This document shows, piece after piece, positions 36,286 through 51,106 of a DNA stretch of 64,000 nucleotides. Position 1 is the stretch's first letter. Each line of letters begins with the position of its first letter. Origin of the DNA: Octopus bimaculoides (taxonomy: Eukaryota); assembly GCF_001194135.2 (NCBI RefSeq), contig NC_069002.1, forward strand, positions 22,467,695 through 22,531,694. The letters run 5' to 3'. The notes below the pieces were generated by a model that ran no database searches, was not told where the DNA came from, and saw only the letters and a list, made by a program, of their open reading frames with translations. The position numbers and the translations under genes were made by a program.

Positions 36286-38890
36286 CTGAAAGGAATTTTA
36301 GAAGAGAAACAAAATCTTAAGACATTCCTAAGATACACATGTGGGGAGCAGAACATAATATTAATTGATAAAAACATCTACTGTAGTTATATCCTTTCTA
36401 CTGTGGAAATCAGATATAGCCACTCAAAATGTCATTAGCCTCAACTGCAGAAAGCAGTTTTAAATACCAATCTATCTTTTTATGAGGATTGCCATGTTGG
36501 AAGTAATTTTTTGTTGTCAAGTTTGAGGCAAGATGACTTGCAGAAAATACCAATTCTATTTTTTGGTAGATATTTAACATTATTACTGGAATAACCATGG
36601 AATTTAATTTTGCAGTTAAAGGAATGTACAATGAAAAGAATAAAATTCTCTTCTACAAAGAAAAAGAAAACAATGTTACACAAGGTAACATCAATTTGTT
36701 TCTGAATTCATACCACCATATTGGAATTTCCAAACACAATTGGTTAGAAAATATTACTGGAACATTATTACTACATAAACTTTGTTTTCAAGAAGAAATA
36801 ACTGATGGCTGATTCATAACAAAATAATCTGTTCCTATATACAATGTCATATGATATTTTCTTTCATCCTTTCAGGGGCAATAAAATTAAGTACCAGTTG
36901 AATACTGGGGTGAATGTAACTTGACTTACACTCCTCACTGAAATTGCTGGCCTTGTGCCAGCAATTTGAAACCAATATTTCCTGCAAGGTTTCTTGGCTA
37001 TTTGTTTCCGTTGTATCTTATATTCCTCCATTAATCATTGCTAAATGGAAAAGAGTGATTCTGATGGCCAGAGTCATGCTCTAATGTCAAATGGGCCATG
37101 AAGTGAGAGGGGGAGCCTCAGACAACTGCACAATAACCATGAATGCATGAAATGGTAGCATAATCAATCCACCAACAGGTACCATACAAGCAAATGACTT
37201 ACTAGTTTAAACTAAGGCAACACTAAAATTAGCTGGCAACATTAGATTGGAACACGATACATTATCATAATTTAACATCCGTTGACCTTGGATAAAACTG
37301 ATTTTATTAATAAAATCATTTCAGATCAAAAACAATACAGCGTCAACAAGGGAGGTTCCATGCAGCTGCATAATCTGCTAGAAATAACAGCCAAATCACA
37401 TCCTTCTGTCTTAAGAGAAGAGTAAACCGAATGTTATTCTAGAGGAACAGTGATTAGGGGCAGATTGGAACCAAAGGAAGAGAGTAGATTAGAACCAAGA
37501 ATCTCACATTCTAACCATTCCTGTCACTCTCCCATCTTCAAACAAATAATGAATTTCTTTGAGTTCACTCAAACTGTTAGAAATTGCAACCAAATTCAAA
37601 CTAAAAATACATGGTACTGTTTTAAGAAAGACATATTGGCTAATGTAGTCCTAGGTACATTATATCAGAGCATAAGATGAAGTTGTCACTCCTAGAATAG
37701 CTTGGATCACATGTCTCCTGAACCAGGCTTCACTTAAGAGAAGGAAACAAGAGACATACACATAAAGCTTGACCTTGTGCTAAGCAACAACTTATGTCTC
37801 CTGAATCAAGCCTGACCTGAGGATAAACAACAAATAAATATTAATGAAGTTGAATAATTGTTGTTGAAAATGTACATTAAGAAAGAAATATTGAGAGTTC
37901 AAATCCAGATAAAGGTTACACATGATTGTACATGACGGCAGAGGATTACCAGAAAATAGTGACCAAAATGCAGTGTTGTATAAATAGATGAATAAAAAAA
38001 AAATATCAAAAAATCATATCTTTACAGTTAAGACAAGACAATCTCATGTGTCTTAATGTTATTGTACAGTAAATCATGAAAGAACAATATCCTTTATTTG
38101 TAACTAAACAACAGAGAAATTTATTGAAAGCATAATTGGTCCAAGCAGGAAATGAAGGTGCATCGGCTAAGCAAGGAAAACTTTTAGATTCACAGACAGG
38201 CTTATTCACCATGACAACTAATTATATGATATCACCAATGATATCATACTAGAAGTGTCACATGATGTTGGAGGTTGACCTAGATTTTATTAAATTAGAA
38301 TATAGAAACTACACTTCAGTCTCTCAAGTATTTGTCCAACTAAGAACTAATTAAAATTAATATCACTTTAAGACACTTTCTTAATAATATTATTAAATTA
38401 AATAAGTCTTTAGCATCAGGAAGAACAAACCAATATCAGAATACCGTTGTTCTTTGAAGAAGGACAATTCTAGCAAGGAACACACACACACACACACAAG
38501 ATGCAATTCACTTCATTAATTAATTGATCAATTTAATTAAAGTATCAAAGACTTTCATCACATGATTTTCATTTTTCCAATGGTCCCCCTGCAACTGTTT
38601 TTTCAACCTTATAATGTCTAGCATTTATACATATTTAGGTTGTACCTCTGTGTATATGTCTATATGCACACACACACACACATGTACATATGGATACACA
38701 AACACACATATATACAATAACTGACAAAAAAACAACTCAAGCCTTGTTACCAACTGAGTTGACAAAGCAATATACAATAACAAAGCTGTGTGTGTGTGTG
38801 TGTTTGTGTGTGTGTGTGAGTAAAGTGAATGCAAACAAAAGCAAGAAAACACACAAACATACATATAGATGCTCTGTAATACATGGCCGT

Positions 38891-39275
38891 GGAGGCGCAA
38901 TGGCCCAGTGGTTAGGGCAGCGGACTCGCAGTCATAGGATCGCGGTTTCGATTCCCAGACCGGGCGTTGTGAGTGTTTATTGAGCGAAAACACCTAACAG
39001 CTCCACGAGGCTCCGGCAGGGGATGGTGGCGAACCCTGCTGTACTCTTTCACCACAACTTTCTCTCACTGTTTCTTTCTGTTTTTGTTGTGCCTGTAATT
39101 CAAAGGGTCAGCCTTGTCACACTGTGTCACGCTGAATATCCCTGAGAACTATGTTAAGGGTACACGTGTCTGTGGAGTGCTCAGCCACTTGCACGTTAAT
39201 TTCACGAGCAGGCTGTTCCGTTGATAGTATCAACTGGAACCCTCGACGTCGTAAGCGACGGAGTACCAACAACAA
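38891..39275 (+). mobile_element. Young-looking tRNA-derived SINE with A/B boxes and (CAA)n tail
   Basis: A box tggcccagtgg, B box ggtttcgattcc; CpG-rich body; ends gagtaccaacaacaa. Confidence 0.8.
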
Positions 39276-39527
39276 TACATGGCCAACATTATAAACACAG
39301 CAGCAGCAACACCCTAATTACAATTATATACTTACATGCATTTATATTTATACAAAGAAGCTTGAATAATTATAATTAATAGACAGCAAGGATTATCAGA
39401 AAGGCTCTAAGTACTTGAAGCACTGCTGAAAACTTATGGGTACCTAAGGTTACAGGTAGTAACCTGCTACTCACATAAATCCTACCAGGAATAAGACCGA
39501 ACCGGGGTCAAACCAAATAATAATAAA

Positions 39528-39892
39528 AAGAACACTCAGAGAGCACAAACCTCCACCAAAGCAACACCAACGTCCTCTCAACAATTAACCGGAGATGATT
39601 TTTAAAATGATAATATCTGAGATCAACTCAACTATTCTCACAAACAAGAATACTAAAAATGAATCCGACCGCTCTCAAAAATTAAGTAAAAAACAGGAAA
39701 AATAATCCAGAATTCTTGTCCAATACCAGGTCGATCCCAAAATCTAATCAGTTTATGTCTGTCATGAGGCCAAACATCCCTGAAAGTTTCATCCGAATCC
39801 ATCCAGCAGTGTTTGAGGCATCTTGTCCATGGACAAACAAGCAAACAAACACATCTGAAAACAATACCCCCGTTTTCGCTAAGGCGGAGGTA
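39528..39892 (+). mobile_element. Helentron/HINE-like non-autonomous element
   Basis: Subterminal inverted motif acctccaccaaagc near the 5' end versus gctaaggcggaggt at the 3' end, with an (ACAA)n stretch before the 3' end. Confidence 0.5.
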
Positions 39893-40429
39893 GTAATCCT
39901 TTCTACTAAAGGCACAAGGTCTGAAATTTCAGTGGAAGAGGCAAACTGATAACATCAACCCAGTGGTCAACTGTTACTTATTTCATCAACCCTGAAAGGA
40001 TGAAAAGCAAAGGTCACCTCAGCAGTGTTTGAAACTTAGCACTAAACACTTTGTTCAATATGCTAATGATTTTGCCAGCCCACTGCACTGAATCCAGCTC
40101 ATTGCTTTAATAATAATAATAATAATAATCCTTTCTACTAAAGGCACAAGGCCTGAAAATTTGAGGGAGGGGACTGGTCAATGATACTCAGTTTATCAAC
40201 CCTGAAAGGATGAAAGGCAAAGTTGACTGTGGCGGAAGAACAGCAGGGAAGAATTAGATTTGGAAAGAATAGCATGGCACCATAGGCTGCTGTTAACAAG
40301 CTTACTGTGCATGCAAAACACCAGGAGTTCCAACAAAACCTGAGTTAAAAGAATAATAATAACAATAGTTTCTAATATAGGTGCTTGGCCCCAAACTTAA
40401 TGAGTCTGTAGCCAATTCAATCAACTCCA

Positions 40430-40652
40430 GTTTGAAGGAAAGTGGGGCAATAATGGGGTAGCGGTTAAAAAATTGGGGTGATAATGGGGTGGTGATTCAT
40501 GTAAAAACAACAAAATAATGGGTTCATTAGGTTAAGTTTTATTTGTGAAATACAGTTGCTTTGAATTTGCTTCAGAAAGAGGTGGTGGCACTAGGAATGT
40601 GGCCTGGGTGTCAAGGGAATGTCAGCCCGAAAAAGTTTGAGAACCACTGGTT
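40430..40652. mobile_element. hAT-like MITE remnant
   Basis: Ends aaaagtttgagaaccactgg (rc ccagtggttctcaaac, typical hAT MITE terminus); the other end is not resolved. Confidence 0.4.
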
Positions 40653-41624
40653 TACTGTATTGCAGAACTCCTCCAGCCCTTGCCAGACAGGAAATAAAGA
40701 AACTGCGATGGCAATACACTAAAGATTAAGACAATGAATCAAGTAAATATATTGATCTCTTTAATCAATATCATCATCATCACCATGATAAAGTTTATTT
40801 AAAACAATGATGATAATATCAAGACTATTGATTAGAGAAAATTGCCTGATTCATTGTCATCCCCAAGTAAAAGAAATTCAAAAAATATTTAGAAATATTG
40901 AAATTATAAATTTCCACCAACCCAATATCCTACCACACAACTTTTAAACTTTTAATGATTTTATTTAACCTTTAGCTGCTGGCTAAGTAACATTATATAA
41001 TGATCCGAATAAGATCTGATACAAAGAAGAATGGACAGTTTAGTTTGACTGCAGACAACCTATCTGGAGTCAGTGGCAAGATAAAATATACCCAGTCAAT
41101 AACAAAAGAAACAATAACAAAATTGGCTGGGTTTCTGTAGCTGTGTGTTTGTGTGTGTGTGTGTGTGCCAGATCAAATGGACCATAACGAGACACTATGA
41201 AACTCACCCAAGCCATCTCAAATTGGAAAAACCAGACATAAGATGATGATGAAGAGATAATCTTGTGTGCCAAAAATACCATTTTTAAAATCTATTCTTG
41301 TAGTTTTAATTAGTGACTAGTTGAATTTACTGGCTCATGAAAATTGATATCACATAAAGTCAACAATCAAGGTGAATGACAGTGGTATATCTAAACTTGT
41401 GTTAGTGGACCACACTATTAACATATTTGTAATGAGATGAATAAATATAAAGTGGCTATTGGTAAGTAATACACGTCAATAGTGTTTGGCAAGGACAAAG
41501 AGCATAGAAGCAACCTATTTGCTCAGGAGTGAGTGAGTGAGTGAGTGAGTGAGTGAGTGAGTGAGTGAGTGTGAGTGTGAGTGTGAGTGTGTGTGTCCAA
41601 AGATATACATTACTATTATTATTA

Positions 41625-41990
41625 AGGTGGCAAGCTGGCAGAATCATTTGCACGGCAAGCAGAATGCTTGACAGTCGACTTTGCCTTTCATCCTTTCGGG
41701 GTCGATAAATTAAGTACCAGTTACGCACTGGGGTCGAGGTAATCAACTTAATCCCTTTGTCCTTGTTTGTCCCTTCTATGTTTAGCCCCTTGTGGGCAAT
41801 AAAGAAATATGTATTTTGTCCACCTTTACATTCTGAGTACAAATTCCACTGAGGTCGACTTTGCCTTCCATCCTTTCAGGGTCGATAAGTGAAGTACCAG
41901 TCAAATACAGGGGGCAATGTAATCGACTAGTCCCCTCCCCACAAATTTCAGGCCTTATATCTTTAGTAGAAAGGATTATTAGTCTTATTA
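41625..41990 (+). mobile_element. Tandem SINE dimer (Meta-domain-like)
   Basis: ggtggcaagctggcagaatc...gtcgactttgcctttcatcctttcggggtcgataaattaagtaccag, core present twice. Confidence 0.88.
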
Positions 41991-42047
41991 TTGAAGTAAT
42001 AAAGAATAAATAAATTAGTAATAAAGAATAAATAGATAAATAAATAA

Positions 42048-42218
42048 GGCGTAGGAGTGGCTGTGTGGTAAGTAGCTTGCTTACCAACCACATGGTTCCG
42101 GGTTCAGTCCCACTGCGTGGCATCTTGGGCAAGTGTCTTCTACTATAGCCTCGGGCCGATCAAAGCCTTGTGAGTGGATTTGGTAGACGGAAACTGAAAG
42201 AAGCCCGTCATATATATG

Positions 42219-42249
<31 letters not shown>

Positions 42250-42450
42250 CTGTGTTTGTCCCCCTAGCATTGCTTGACGACCGATGCTGGTGTGTTTATG
42301 TCCCCGTCACTTAGTGGTTCGGCAAAAGAGACCGATAGAATAAGTACTAGGCTTACAAAGAATAAGTCCTGGGGTCGATTTGCTCGACTAAAGGCGGTGC
42401 TCCAGCATGGCCGCAGTCAAATGACTGAAACAAGTAAAAGAGTAAAAGAG
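42048..42450 (+). mobile_element. Composite tRNA/CORE-like SINE with central (TA)(TG) microsatellite
   Basis: ggcgtaggagtggctgtgtggtaag...ggttcagtccca...ttgggcaagtgtcttctac; 3' part ends gtaaaagagtaaaagag. Confidence 0.8.
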
Positions 42451-43424
42451 TGTAATAAAATCAACAAAACAAAAATTAAAAGTGTGTGTGTGTGCATGCG
42501 TGTGTGTGTGTGTGTGCATGCGTGTGTGCGTGTGTGTAAATTAGTTTCAGTAAAGCTTAAGGCTTTATTTAAAAATGCTTAAGAATTTTACTAGGGGGTG
42601 GGGGTCTGATAAAGACTCAGTTGTGGGGAACCATTGTAATGAGTCTCACATCTGATGATAACAAGAATTAAGCACTGAATATTGGTAATTTACAAAAGTT
42701 GCAAAAAAGCAAGTGTAATTAGTCATCTAACAGAATAGGGCAGGGCACAAACAGAAAAGGAACTAAATGTTTTGTTTTAGGATTCTGAGAATGAAAACTC
42801 ATCTCTTTCGATAGCTTTAAATACTTTAAATATATTCAACGGAACAGATGCACATCATCGTCATCATCAAACATCCATTTTCCATGCTGGCATGAGTTGA
42901 ACGGTTTCCTGAAAACTTGTAAGCCAAGTGCCACACATATTTCTTTAAAACCCATTTGGTACCAACTCTGGTTCTATGACACAAACTTCCTGTTTTAAAG
43001 AAATCTAAATTAAAACCTTCCATCAAAAGTTCATGTTAATTGATGTTCCAAACCTCGGTTACTAACGACAAGGTTATTCTACTAATTTCTTCATTATTTT
43101 TAAAATGAACTCAAAGTGCTCAACTGCAAAGATCTGCAACTGTCACTGAATCAGGAACTGCATGGAATCAATTCAAATAATGTAATTGCTTGGGGTTGTA
43201 AACTGGAAGTAAATATTCTTTTGTGCAAGAAACAAAGATTAGCTTAATTTTAAGAAGGACTTCTTGTTGAAAGACTTCTCATTTGCACCATTTGTGTTTG
43301 TTACTTTCAAATTTATCAAGAGAATTTCTTAGCAATTATTCTTCCTTCAATATTCAAGCAAAATGGCAACACCTGAAGCAGTAAGTTAGAATTCAGGGAT
43401 ATTATTTATCAATTATTTATTTAT

Positions 43425-45620
43425 TCATCATCGTCATTTAATGTCCATTTTCCATGCTGGCATAGACTGAAAGGTTGGACAGGGTCCAACAGATCAGAGA
43501 ATTGTGCCAAGCTCTAATATCCACTATGGCATGGTTTCTATGACTGAATGCCTCTGCTAATGTCAATCACTTTACAGCGGGCACTGGATACTTTTTGCAT
43601 CACTGGCACTAGTGAGGTTGCCAAGTAACTCACAAAACAAGACCCCCTTGACCGAGTGGGGGTCAGTGTAGTACAGTGGAAGGTGGCTTTATGCTAGATG
43701 TTGAGAGAGGCAAGAGTATGATAGAGAAACAGGAACAGGTGCCTTGCTGTAGAGGAGATACCAACAGAAGAGAGCAAAGACGATGGTGATGATGTTGTCA
43801 GGACATACCCTCACGGTGCAATAGGGTGAATATGAGGGGGGAGGACAGGGACAGAGGAACAAAAATGTTGGGTGGGTGAATTTTTGAGAGAGGAAGGGTT
43901 AGCTGAAGGAAATAGGAGGTAAGTGGCAGTACAAAAGGAGAAAACTATAGGTGAGAAATAGGGAGATGATGTAAGGGGAGAGGTGCATTGTGACAGGGAT
44001 GGAGATCAGAGGTAGGGGTAATTATGGTGAAGAGTGATGAATTTGGGGGTGTGCATAGATGACCAATAGGAGGGAGAGAGTTCAATGGAAAATACAGTAG
44101 TAGTAAGAGATGATAATGAGAATGTGGAGTGAGTGACATGGGGAGGTGGCTCCAAGGAGAGGGAAAATTGGTAGCAAAAGAGTGGGGAATGAAATATGTG
44201 TGCATCTCATATAAGTACAAGAGCTGAGTAAAGAGTACTGTAATTAGAAGCATGCTGGTGGGATGGATTTTAGCAAGATGAATTGTGGGGATGGCTTCAC
44301 AGGGATAGATTGAGTGCAGAGGTACAGACAAACTAATAGGTTGTTAGGATCTCATTTTTGGTGAGATAGATGGGTCTTCTTAGGCACAGCAAATCACCAG
44401 TCATCTAGTCCTGTCATCTCTTCTATGAGGCTCAACATCCCGAGATCAGTCTTCACTACTTTGTCCAAAGTCTTTCTGAGTCTTCTCCTTCCACAGGTCC
44501 CATCCATATTTAACAATTGCAGCTGTCCTTGTCCATACATATCACATGACCATACCAATGTAGTCTTCTCTCTTGCACATTACATCTGAGGACTCTTATG
44601 CCCAACTTTTCTCTCAATACATTTGCACTTTGTTGTATTTGTGACATTGCATTTCCAACAGAGAATGCTAGCTTCATTCTCTTCTTGCCTTTCATTCCAA
44701 GAGAGAAAGTGACCTTTTGTTACTAGCAGAGGTAATAGTTCTCTGAACTTTCTACAATTAGTTCTTATTCTAGCAACTACACTTCCCACTCACTGCTAAT
44801 TAGGTCACCTAGGTACCTCTAAAGATCTTCTTAGGCATTCAAAAAAAATCTATTTCCTGTGTGCTCTTACTGCATATTGTTCCTGCACATCTGTCACATG
44901 CAAAGCCTACATTCCCTCGTTAATCTTCCTGAGATTCTACTACACCTCTTGTGTCCACAGTTTGCACTGGATACACAATATGGACAGTTTACCAACACCT
45001 TTTCTACATATAGAATAAGGCCATCTACCTACCGGGATTACTGTCCTGTCTGTTTTCCTGCTAACAAGAACTTTGGTCGTCAGCACAGAGGAATTCCCAC
45101 TGACACCCAGTTTTGAAATCCTCTATTGGAGGACTGTAATAAATAAAGAGGGGACTGAGAACAGACCCCCAGCAAACTCCTATTTCCACACTGAATTCAT
45201 TACTATACTCATTACTAACTCTCACCTTACTGACAGCACCCCTCTACACAACTTGAACAGTTCTCAACCCCTAACTTCCACAGTGACCACCAAATCAGAC
45301 AGCAAGGAACTCTGTCAAAAATTTCCTCCGGGCTGACAAATGCCAAGAACAGTTCACTTTTGGCTAAATGCTTCTCCTGCAGTTGTCTTCCTAGAAAGAG
45401 GCCATTATCAATGCGTCTTCCTGGCACAGAACTAAACTGCATCCCATCGAGGCTCACATTTTTATCCTAATTAACTGAGCTGTAACTCTTTCTGTAACTT
45501 TCAAGAACTAGTCCAGCAACTTGATCTCTGAAATTACTTCTAAGACATCTTTTTTACCCCTGTAACAGCTGACTAGAATGTTGCTCCACCGGTTGTTGGG
45601 TATCACACCTTCCTGTATGA
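43425..45620 (-). mobile_element. Older, heavily decayed RTE-LINE subfamily copy
   Basis: ORF fragments QERRLHWYGH, KFRELLPLLVTKG, MQFSSVPGR...RQLQEKHLAK and DRVP...IWWSL; catcat tail at ~43426. Confidence 0.88.
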
Positions 45621-46079
45621 CCTGACTGACCATGAAGGTGTTTATTAATGATGACCTGATTACAGCAGAAAGCTTGAACATGGATAAAATGATTAAAGTG
45701 ACATTTCAATGTCATCTACAAACACCAGCTAAATTGTATCAGGATTAATTGATAGGGAGCAAGAGTGGAGTCATCATGTAATTGGTATTGCATTAATGCT
45801 TTTGTTAGAGAATGGTAAGAATTAAGAAAAAAATACATAACTTATAAATATATTTTAAATATGGGGTCTTAGTATACTGGTGGTTTTATGAGGAGAATGT
45901 AATTACTGTAATAAAAGTTAATAACATTAACTTGTTGGGCCTTTCAAAAATCTTTGAATGAAAGAGATGAACGCATATCTTGTAATTCTTTGTCTAATGG
46001 GAGTTGTGCGACTTCCAAGTTAGAGATTAACTGGAGCACAAAATTAACTCTAAGACAGGAAATTAATGCCCAGGAATTC

Positions 46080-46930
46080 ATCATCATCATCATCATCATC
46101 GTTTAACGTCCGCTTTCCATGCTAGCATGGGTTGGACTATTTGACTGAGGACTGGTGCAACCGGATGGCTACACCAGGCTCCAATCTAATTTGGCAGAGT
46201 TTCTACAGCTGGATGCCCTTCCTAACGCCAACCACTCAGAGAGTGTAGTGGGTGCTTTTACGTGTCACCCGCACGAAAACGGCCACGCTCGAAATGGTGT
46301 CTTTTATGTGCCACCCGCACAAGAACCAGTCCAGGGGCNNNNNNNNNNNNNNNNNNNNNNNNNNNNNNNNNNNNNNNNNNNNNNNNNNNNNNNNNNNNNN
46401 NNNNNNNNNNNNNNNNNNNNNNNNNNNNNNNNNNNNNNNNNNNNNNNNNNNNNNNNNNNNNNNNNNNNNNNNNNNNNNNNNNNNNNNNNNNNNNNNNNNN
46501 NNNNNNNNNNNNNNNNNNNNNNNNNNNNNNNNNNNNNNNNNNNNNNNNNNNNNNNNNNNNNNNNNNNNNNNNNNNNNNNNNNNNNNNNNNNNNNNNNNNN
46601 NNNNNNNNNNNNNNNNNNNNNNNNNNNNNNNNNNNNNNNNNNNNNNNNNNNNNNNNNNNNNNNNNNNNNNNNNNNNNNNNNNNNNNNNNNNNNNNNNNNN
46701 NNNNNNNNNNNNNNNNNNNNNNNNNNNNNNNNNNNNNNNNNNNNNNNNNNNNNGCTGTTCGTACACATGCGTCATACAGTCTGCCTTGACGCATGTGTAC
46801 GAACAGCCATGCTACATGGCAGTGAAACATGGGCTGTGACTGCTGAGGACATGCGTAAGCTCGCAAGGAATGAAGCCAGTATGCTCCGCTGGATGTGTAA
46901 TGTAAATGTGCATACCCGTCAGAGTGTAAG
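46080..46930 (-). mobile_element. RTE-LINE 3' portion with an inverted duplicated segment at its 5' junction
   Basis: Minus-strand tail at 46080; after the gap rc RLYDACVRT, then plus-strand DACVRTAMLHGSETWAVTAEDMRKLARNE from 46787. Confidence 0.9.
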
Positions 46931-49900
46931 TATCTTGAGAGAAAAGCTTGAGAGAATTGATATCTTTAAATGTTTACATGTAATTAACTTAACTGTATTC
47001 AATTTACCTTGGCATGTGAAAGTGACAGGACAACAGGTAATAAGCATGTTCACAGTGGACACCAATAAGCATTATATTCTATCAGCAAATTCCATCCAAA
47101 TTCATACAATAATTATATTTTTATGGTTTTTATATGAGACTAACTACATTTCAGTTAGTTTCTAATAAGAGTAGGAAAATTAAAAATAGAAAAAGCTATA
47201 AGACTAAGAATTAAATTAAACAAAGTCAGTGTATTTCAGACAATGGGTTAAATTCTATTTTGCAGTTATTTACAACCAAAGACATTCACAGATTGTTCAG
47301 AATACTTTTGCTATTTAATATATATTCTACTTCACTAAATATTAATACTACATATGTATATTAAGGACAATGAAAATGTTTGGAGATTGACCAAATTTAG
47401 TTCCAGTTTCAGTGAAGAAGGACAATTCTGTAAGAACATCAATATGTCACAACAGAATTAGCCTCAGCCATCCCCAATTCTCTCTCTCTCAAAATAAACA
47501 CTTTGCTTCCAATATTCAATTTTGATAGGTGGATGCTTCCTAACTTTGACCTGGAAATAAGAATGAAATGGTGGGTTTTCTGGTATAAAGGGTGGGTAGT
47601 TAAATAAAGCTGTTTCTCAATTGAGGGCACAACAAAGTAGCACTTAGACTACTTTTCAACTAAAATGGTCAACATTTTCAACCTTTCTCCATAACTATGG
47701 TAACCACTATCTGCATTGATGGGAAGCTGAGATGTATTCTGTGTCATTTAATAATGAAGGAGAGTTTTTTTTTTGTTTTTTTTTTGTGTGTGTCTTGAGG
47801 ATAGTTATATCACTCAAATTAAATTAATTCCTCACAGAGGCTAATAACAAGATTCAGAAACAACAGAATAATTATCTTCCATTAATTTCCGAGAGTTGAA
47901 TAGTTTTAAGAAGAAACTGAACATTACAACATCTCAGTCTTTCCTAAAAGGAAACCACTTTTAAAGAGTGGTAAGGAGAGATAACTCTGGTGATCTCAAT
48001 TTCATGACTAGATTCAATCCCCATTTCAGAATGAGATATCATTTTACACCAGTCTCCTCTTTACCCTTAATACCAGAGGTAAACTGAGACTAAGACAATG
48101 TAGCTTGTTCTATGTTCTCTGATCTCAACAAGTTTAGATGAAGCTAAAAATCAAGTGAGGGGGTGGTGTCCAAACACAGCTCTACAAAGCACAAGTTTCG
48201 AGAAAAATACAAAAAAAAAAATTTTTTAAGATTAAGAATGGCAGTGTCCTGACTCAGTGCAAAATAGGGAAGAGCAAAAGTCAGATGACCCTGCCGTGTT
48301 ATATATATATATATATATATATATAGGATAACCAAACATTCCTCAACAGATCCCTAGTATGTCAATGGCCCATCTCATAGACAAAATGAAACAAAATGTT
48401 GAAAGTCAGATTGTAGGATTCCACCATATATTAAACAGAACGTTCTAGAAACACATTATTCAAGAGTTTTACTGCACGAAGGTTAGAATGGCTGAAAGAA
48501 GAACAATAGCTGTGGGCAGGATATCTTGTATCTATGACTTTTTTTTTTTATGTGGATTCATTGCTATTCTCAAAATGCCCATCACCATGGCCACTCATAG
48601 CCAAGAAGAGCAGTAGCATAGATGCCATGCCAACTATTCTAATGAAATAATCAAAATAATGCAAAAAAAATAAAAGTGTATACACATAAAGAAGGCATCC
48701 AGCTATGTGTGTGCGCGTGCGTATGTGTGCAGGAAAGAGAGAGAGAGACCCATTTCTTTATACTGTTATCAGTCATCTAGTTAACCAATCAATTGTTTGA
48801 TGAATCAATCTGAGTTGTTTTGTGACAGCTTCTGAGCTTATCTCATGATGTGACCTCATTTTTTCTGTCCTGTGCTAATGTTCATGTTAGTTTCACAAAC
48901 TGATTAATCTGTCTTTGCTTCACTATTTATAGTTTATAGTGATTGGGGAGAGAGAGTGAGAGTGAGAGAGAGAGTGGTGTGTGTGTGTGTGTGTGTGTGT
49001 GTGTGCCTGCGCATGCATTAGTTTGTTTGTTGTTATATTTTGTGGCTAGCATTGATGTGCATAGTTTGTGCATTTGTGTGTATGTGTGTGTGTTGTTCAT
49101 ATGATAGCTTGTTGTTTATTCCTGTATATCACTGTTTAATGGTAAGTGAGTGTAAGGTGGAAGTTGGACATTTCAACTGTTTAGCTTAACTTTCAACACA
49201 AATATTTATCTTACCAAAGTATACAAATTCATCCACACACTGATGAAAGAGGAGTCATTACTTTGTCCACACTTTCTGCTGAGGTCATTCTAAATCTCTA
49301 ATCAATGTACATCTTGTTTTTACTTGTCTTAATGTTGAGTTATGCCGGTACATCAATAAGATTTTTACATCAAGGTTGTTTATCGAGCTGTCACGTTTCT
49401 CTTTGTATGTTGATACAGTACTGATGTTGATTTTTATTTTTGCACTCATACCAGTGTACCTCTATTCTTGCTACTATGTTGTGGGCCATTTCTCCATTGC
49501 AAGTTGTGGTTTCATCTTCCATGTCTCATACAGTACTGCACATTTCTAGTTTTAAAATGTATTTTTGGATTCAGTTTACATTTTAATGCAATTGTTATAG
49601 GCCATTGGTAATTTTTTTCTAAACAGGTGTCCTATCTGTCAATGATCAGTAGATCTGTCTGCTTCTCCAAATAAATAAATTTTCACCTCCTTTAAAACTT
49701 TCTCAAACGTACCTGGTCTTTGAGGGTAGCATCATAAAGACTACACCTAAGAATTAATTTTTATACCATGAGCCTGTCTTGCCTACTTTCTTATTTTACT
49801 TGGTTTATTCCGTATCTTGTTCTGATACAGATGGCAGGTTCAATTAAGGACTGTATTATCAAAGAAAGTATGTTAATTGTTGGAAATGCTGGCTCAGTAA

Positions 49901-51106
49901 AGTGGCCAAGTTTGTGAAACTAACAAAAATTGCACATTAGCATGGTGAAGAGCAGATGTGGGCACATCATAACACCACAGGGTGTAATGAAAAAAATTTC
50001 ACAAACCAATTAAATGATTAATCAAATAATTGCTAAGTTAATTAGTTAACTGATTACAATAAAATATACATGCATTTCTATTGGCAAAATAACTCCTCAA
50101 AGAACATATATACATATGCAAGAAAGTATCCATCTCAACAGCATGTCATCATCATCATTTTACAAAATGCATGAATCTTGAGATTATCTCCCCTTGTAAA
50201 GTGGAGTTAGTTTCAGCTGACATTTGATATTTATGACATGTTCTAAAGGCAGAGAGTTTTAATAAAACAAGAATTTGTTGTATGGTACCTGATACAACTG
50301 TATCCATTTCAGTTGTTCAAATACATGCCACTGGCCACTGAGTTATTTTTCATCATTCATTCTTGTTTAAATATATAAATCAATGAGACTTGTTGGGTAA
50401 GGCCAAAACAATGCAAGATGAGACATAAAGTAAACTACAAAAGGAAAACAAAACAGTTGGATTTTACCTTATATTTCTATATTTCAGGGTTGTGACCCCT
50501 TCTCCAGGACATGTGGATAGGCAAAGGATCAAAAAAGGGTCATTGCTCTAATGTGTGGAGGAAGGAAGGTGACATGCACAGACTGGTATTGCCCTTGAGC
50601 TCATTCTGAACTCTTTGATGGGGCAATTAAATAGTATGCATTCCACAATGTTATCTGTGGTATTATTTCTAGACAGAGATTTCCTCAGGGATAGACTGGT
50701 TAAGTCCCTTCTTGCTAACTGCATGTTTATACAATAGCAGTGGTTCTGTCATCAAAATAGGAGAGTTTAAATTTGGGTAAGGCATTATTCTGCCCTTATC
50801 CAATAAGTCTCTGTAATGTAATATCACTCAATGCTCCAGCCTAACAACTCAATTTTAATATAAAGGAAGCAAGCTGGAAGAATCGCACGTCAGGCAAAAT
50901 GCTTGCTGGCATTTCGTCTGTCTTAACATTCTTAGTTCAAATTCTGGTATGGTCGACTTTGCCTCTCGTCCTTTCATGGTTGACAAAACAAGTACCTGTT
51001 GAGCACTAGGGTTGATGTAATTGACTTTCCCCCTCCCTAACAATTACAGGCCTCATGACAAAATTTGAAATTTATATATATATTGCTAGATACCTCCTTG
51101 TGTAAA

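Noticed and set aside
38891-38966. tRNA gene
   Set aside because: A and B boxes are present but the acceptor stem does not close, and it runs into a SINE body and tail.
47245-47270. EFNPLSE on the minus strand as an NPF exon
   Set aside because: NPL rather than NPF, a stop four codons later and no splice sites; the true exon is at 54811-54897.
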